Shown here in pieces: positions 60,934 through 64,000 of a stretch of DNA of 64,000 nucleotides. The translations under genes and the position numbers were made by a program. The notes beneath the pieces were generated by a model. The model did not search any database, was not told where the DNA came from, and saw nothing but the letters and a program-made list of their open reading frames with translations. How positions within the stretch are numbered: the stretch's first letter is position 1; each line of letters begins with the position of its first letter. Source of the stretch: Haliotis cracherodii (taxonomy: Eukaryota); assembly GCF_022045235.1 (NCBI RefSeq), contig NW_027266264.1:46562001-46626000 (forward strand). The letters run 5' to 3'.

Positions 60934-62010
60934 CTAAGCATGGTATGATCTCGTGGACCTTGTGCCCCAACTCTGACTGATGTCGTTTGAAGAATCAGTC
61001 ATTGACTGTTGTATGTTTGGATACAGGTAGTTGCAGGAAGGGTCAGGTATGCTTAAACTGGGTGAGGGAACTTGTGGCGCGTATGTTCCGGCCAGTGGAG
61101 AGCTTCCCGGGGGAGAGCTGGAGAGAGGGGAACCGGTCAGAGAACTGTTGATACTTCTGGTGTTGTAGTAGCCGGCTGTAGGAGGAGAGTAGCCTGTAGG
61201 AGATCCCATGGTCCAGATACAGGGGTCCGGTTTGCCTATTGTGCTGTAGGGGTGTGTCTGGGTCAGTCCCGGGGGTAAGGAGCCGTGACTCAGGGGGTTG
61301 AAGCTTGTGTAAGGAGATGGACCCCCATACAATCCCAATAACTGTCCGTAAGGACTGGCAGGATGGAATGAAGGATCTTCTCGACGTTGCTTTTGTGCGG
61401 ACTTGAAACGTTTAGAACGACGAAGGAAACTGCCGTTGCCGAACATGTCCCCACAAGATGGATGCAGAGCCCACAGGTTACCCTTGCCTGGTTTCCCCGG
61501 GGGTCGGGGCACCTTGACGAAACAGTCATTGAGGGAGAGGTTGTGTCTGATGGAGTTTTGCCATCTCCGTTGGTTGTCTTCGTAGTATGGGAATCTCTTG
61601 ACGATGTAGTTGTAGATGTCGTTGAGAGTCATCATGCCTGTTGTAGAACTCTCGACGGCCATGGTGATGAGAGCCACATAGGAATAGGGAGGCTTCTTGT
61701 TGGAAAATCGTCTGTCTTGTTGTGAGAGGGTGGATGTTCCCGAGAAACCGTCCCCTTCTCCGTTCGAGGATACCGATGAGGTAGGAGACGGAAGAATGTT
61801 GTCATAATTTGGAGATCCTTGTTGCGTGTGACCTGATCCATGTGTGATCAGGGATCTGACGTCTTCTCCCTCAGTAGCTCCAGATGTCTGAGACACGACT
61901 GGGACGGAGTGTTGTGAAGATATGGAGTGATCAGATGGAAGAGGTGTCATCTGCTGTCCCATGAAGGGAGATGTACCTGGGACATACTGGAACATGAATG
62001 GGTTATACAT
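60934..62010 (-). CDS. FoxAB: FoxAB-like forkhead transcription factor, copy 4 (358 aa; differs from copy 3 by Q>E)
   Basis: Intact ORF, YYEDNQ vs YYQDNQ in copy 3. TATAAA (-) at 62094-62099. Confidence 0.83.
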   Translation of the reverse strand: MYNPFMFQYVPGTSPFMGQQMTPLPSDHSISSQHSVPVVSQTSGATEGEDVRSLITHGSGHTQQGSPNYDNILPSPTSSVSSNGEGDGFSGTSTLSQQDRRFSNKKPPYSYVALITMAVESSTTGMMTLNDIYNYIVKRFPYYEDNQRRWQNSIRHNLSLNDCFVKVPRPPGKPGKGNLWALHPSCGDMFGNGSFLRRSKRFKSAQKQRREDPSFHPASPYGQLLGLYGGPSPYTSFNPLSHGSLPPGLTQTHPYSTIGKPDPCIWTMGSPTGYSPPTAGYYNTRSINSSLTGSPLSSSPPGSSPLAGTYAPQVPSPSLSIPDPSCNYLYPNIQQSMTDSSNDISQSWGTRSTRSYHA

Positions 62011-63045
62011 GATTCCTGGCTCAATGTGCAGCAGGTGAGAAATGTATTACCTCAGTAGGCAGAGGAATGTTTATCCCCCTCGTCACGGCGAGGTTTATAG
62101 TCCCTGGCCAGATAATCCCCTCAACACGCGCTTTACAGATCTCAATTGCCTCTAGATTAGGTAGCCTTTGATATGTAAATAACCGTATGTCGTCACTGAT
62201 AATGGGCGTCGCTCTAAAACATCTTTCAAAAGTTTTTAGGTACGATTGGTCAAGAGCTATAATCTCGCCGTTCACTTGTGAGTTGCATTACAGTATATGA
62301 AATATGTGCTATTATTCGCACGAAAGACGTTACATCCACCAGCGTGTTCATAACGATGACGGAAAGTAATAAAAAAACACTAGATTACAATAAGTGTGTT
62401 AATGGTTAAATAGTTGTAGCATGGATTCCTTTCGAAAGGCTTATAGACTTTGGAGATGTCGAAAGAAAAGGCACCTCACATTTAGTATTTATAGAAGTTG
62501 GTATACAATATGAACGATCTTGTGACTTCTACTCGACTGTAGAAGTGTCACCATGTTCAGTATATGTATATTGTGGACGAGGAACCGGTTGGTTCAAGTC
62601 TAAGTAAAGTTTATGTTCTGTTCTGTTCAGTACATAGCTGACACCAACAATCGTATTGGGTAGACATATTGCTGTTTTCTCAAGGATTGTCACCGAGCTT
62701 ATTGATATCCCAACAAACCAAAACCACACTATCAAGGGCTGTCAGTATCGGTCATCACAAATACAACAACAACCTGTCGGTGTTAAAAGCTCAAATGTAG
62801 GTGGTTGTATTGGCATTGCTACTGTGTGCAATACTCGAAGATGGGGACGTGCCAAAAATTGCACCATAAGATGATTTTGTTTATGTTGACATTGATTATT
62901 AAAAATATATTTGTCTAAGATACTATAAAACCACCACAATAATATACTATATACGTTTCATTATGGGTGCAGATAGAATATGGCTGATTTCGGCGTTAAA
63001 CAACAATGTAAACAATCAACTGTGTATAGTTCAGGCTGCAGACAG

Positions 63046-63966
63046 AGTATCTCACAGCATAAATATATTAGTGTAAAAGGGGTATATAAAATATACTACC
63101 GGTCACTAGCCATATAAAATATGTTTTCTTAGTTGGAGAATTAAAATGTAGGTTTGGGCTGTGTAATATACATAATATTTATAAAGTAAAATAAGTTTAT
63201 CAGTATTAATAACTCTAGTAAGTTGGAATAGCTAAAACTGACCTTTGCGTATAAACCTTCACGCAAATCATCGTACACAGGGAAATCCAACAATACATGA
63301 CATTCATCCCCAACACTTTCCTGACACTGAAAACACACTCTTTCATTCACATTCATATTCGAATATCTGCCTGTTTCCAACTTCAGATCTAAGAAGGCAG
63401 AGTGGTTTAGAACGAGGCATATGCATACTAACATAACTTTCACACCCATACACATCTTTAAACATTCTATACGTACGTAAGTTATTACCACCCGTTCTTC
63501 CGAGAGGCTTGCGTAACAGTTCATTCCAATCAGTCACATAAAATCCCATGCAGATAACCTGCACACCTGCAAGTACACTTTTCACGCTCACATTCTCTAA
63601 AATATTCAACCCCCATTCGTTCAGCTTTGCCAGTATATCAAACGTACACAAGCATACCGTTCAGACCACATAAAACATTCTTATTTAATCTAAGGAGGTT
63701 CTAGTAAAACGACAATACTGTAACAATACACATCCACTATCTAACTGTCGGAGGAATCCATCCCATATCTCCATTAACAGCAACATTTGGAGCGTATTTA
63801 CCCAATCCTAAAATAAATCTCAAAGCACGATGGTGAACGGCATTTACAGTAGAAATGTCACGATGACCCCAGATAGATGCCCAAAGATTCAAGACTGACC
63901 AAACCATCGTATCGTACAATTTGGAATAAGCAGTGGATTGCATACGTCCGATTGCCTTAGCATTGT
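63046..63966 (-). mobile_element. Duplicated copy of the LINE fragment at 55130-56050
   Basis: Near-identical ORFs at offset 7916. Confidence 0.8.
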
Positions 63967-64000
63967 AGTCAAAATGTGTGAGTGAGGTTGGTTTAACACG

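Larger units (their letters stand above)
50683..64000. repeat. Tandem segmental duplication, period ~7.9 kb (50683-56085 vs 58488-64000)
   Basis: CDS offset 7911. Near-identical from ~51215/59122 to the window end, with few SNPs and small indels (~59516, ~62618). Clearly lower identity in the first ~500 bp. Confidence 0.95.

Noticed and set aside
34743-61725. Antisense ORFs overlapping the Fox genes (e.g. 34743-35228, 41400-41720, 53476-53814, 61387-61725)
   Set aside because: These are shadow frames of GC-rich coding sequence. Their recurrence merely reflects paralogy.

Overview
Eukaryotic, intron-rich, repeat-rich animal genomic DNA. It is most likely a mollusc (inference: abalone-like, from tRNA-SINEs with (ACTC)n tails and the lophotrochozoan-type Fox sequence). 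The left part (376-16732, + strand) carries the last 8 coding exons of a PTCD2-like mitochondrial pentatricopeptide-repeat gene. Its introns hold minisatellites, SINEs, a hAT-type MITE, a decayed DIRS (tyrosine recombinase) retrotransposon and a 21-copy array built from an exon's own 5' splice site. The middle (17-33 kb) is a nest of LINE, Tc1, SINE and Helentron-like relics and tandem repeats. The right half (34.4-64 kb, - strand) is a tandem cluster of intronless FoxAB-like forkhead genes: four intact copies plus one relic lacking the forkhead box. The cluster shows forkhead-box-restricted sequence homogenisation consistent with gene conversion, a near-identical ~7.9-kb duplication, a shared TATA/TAATC/CCAAT promoter layout, and repeated upstream non-coding modules. 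One of these modules contains a palindromic double forkhead site, a candidate auto/cross-regulatory element. All comparisons were made by eye; no database searches were run.
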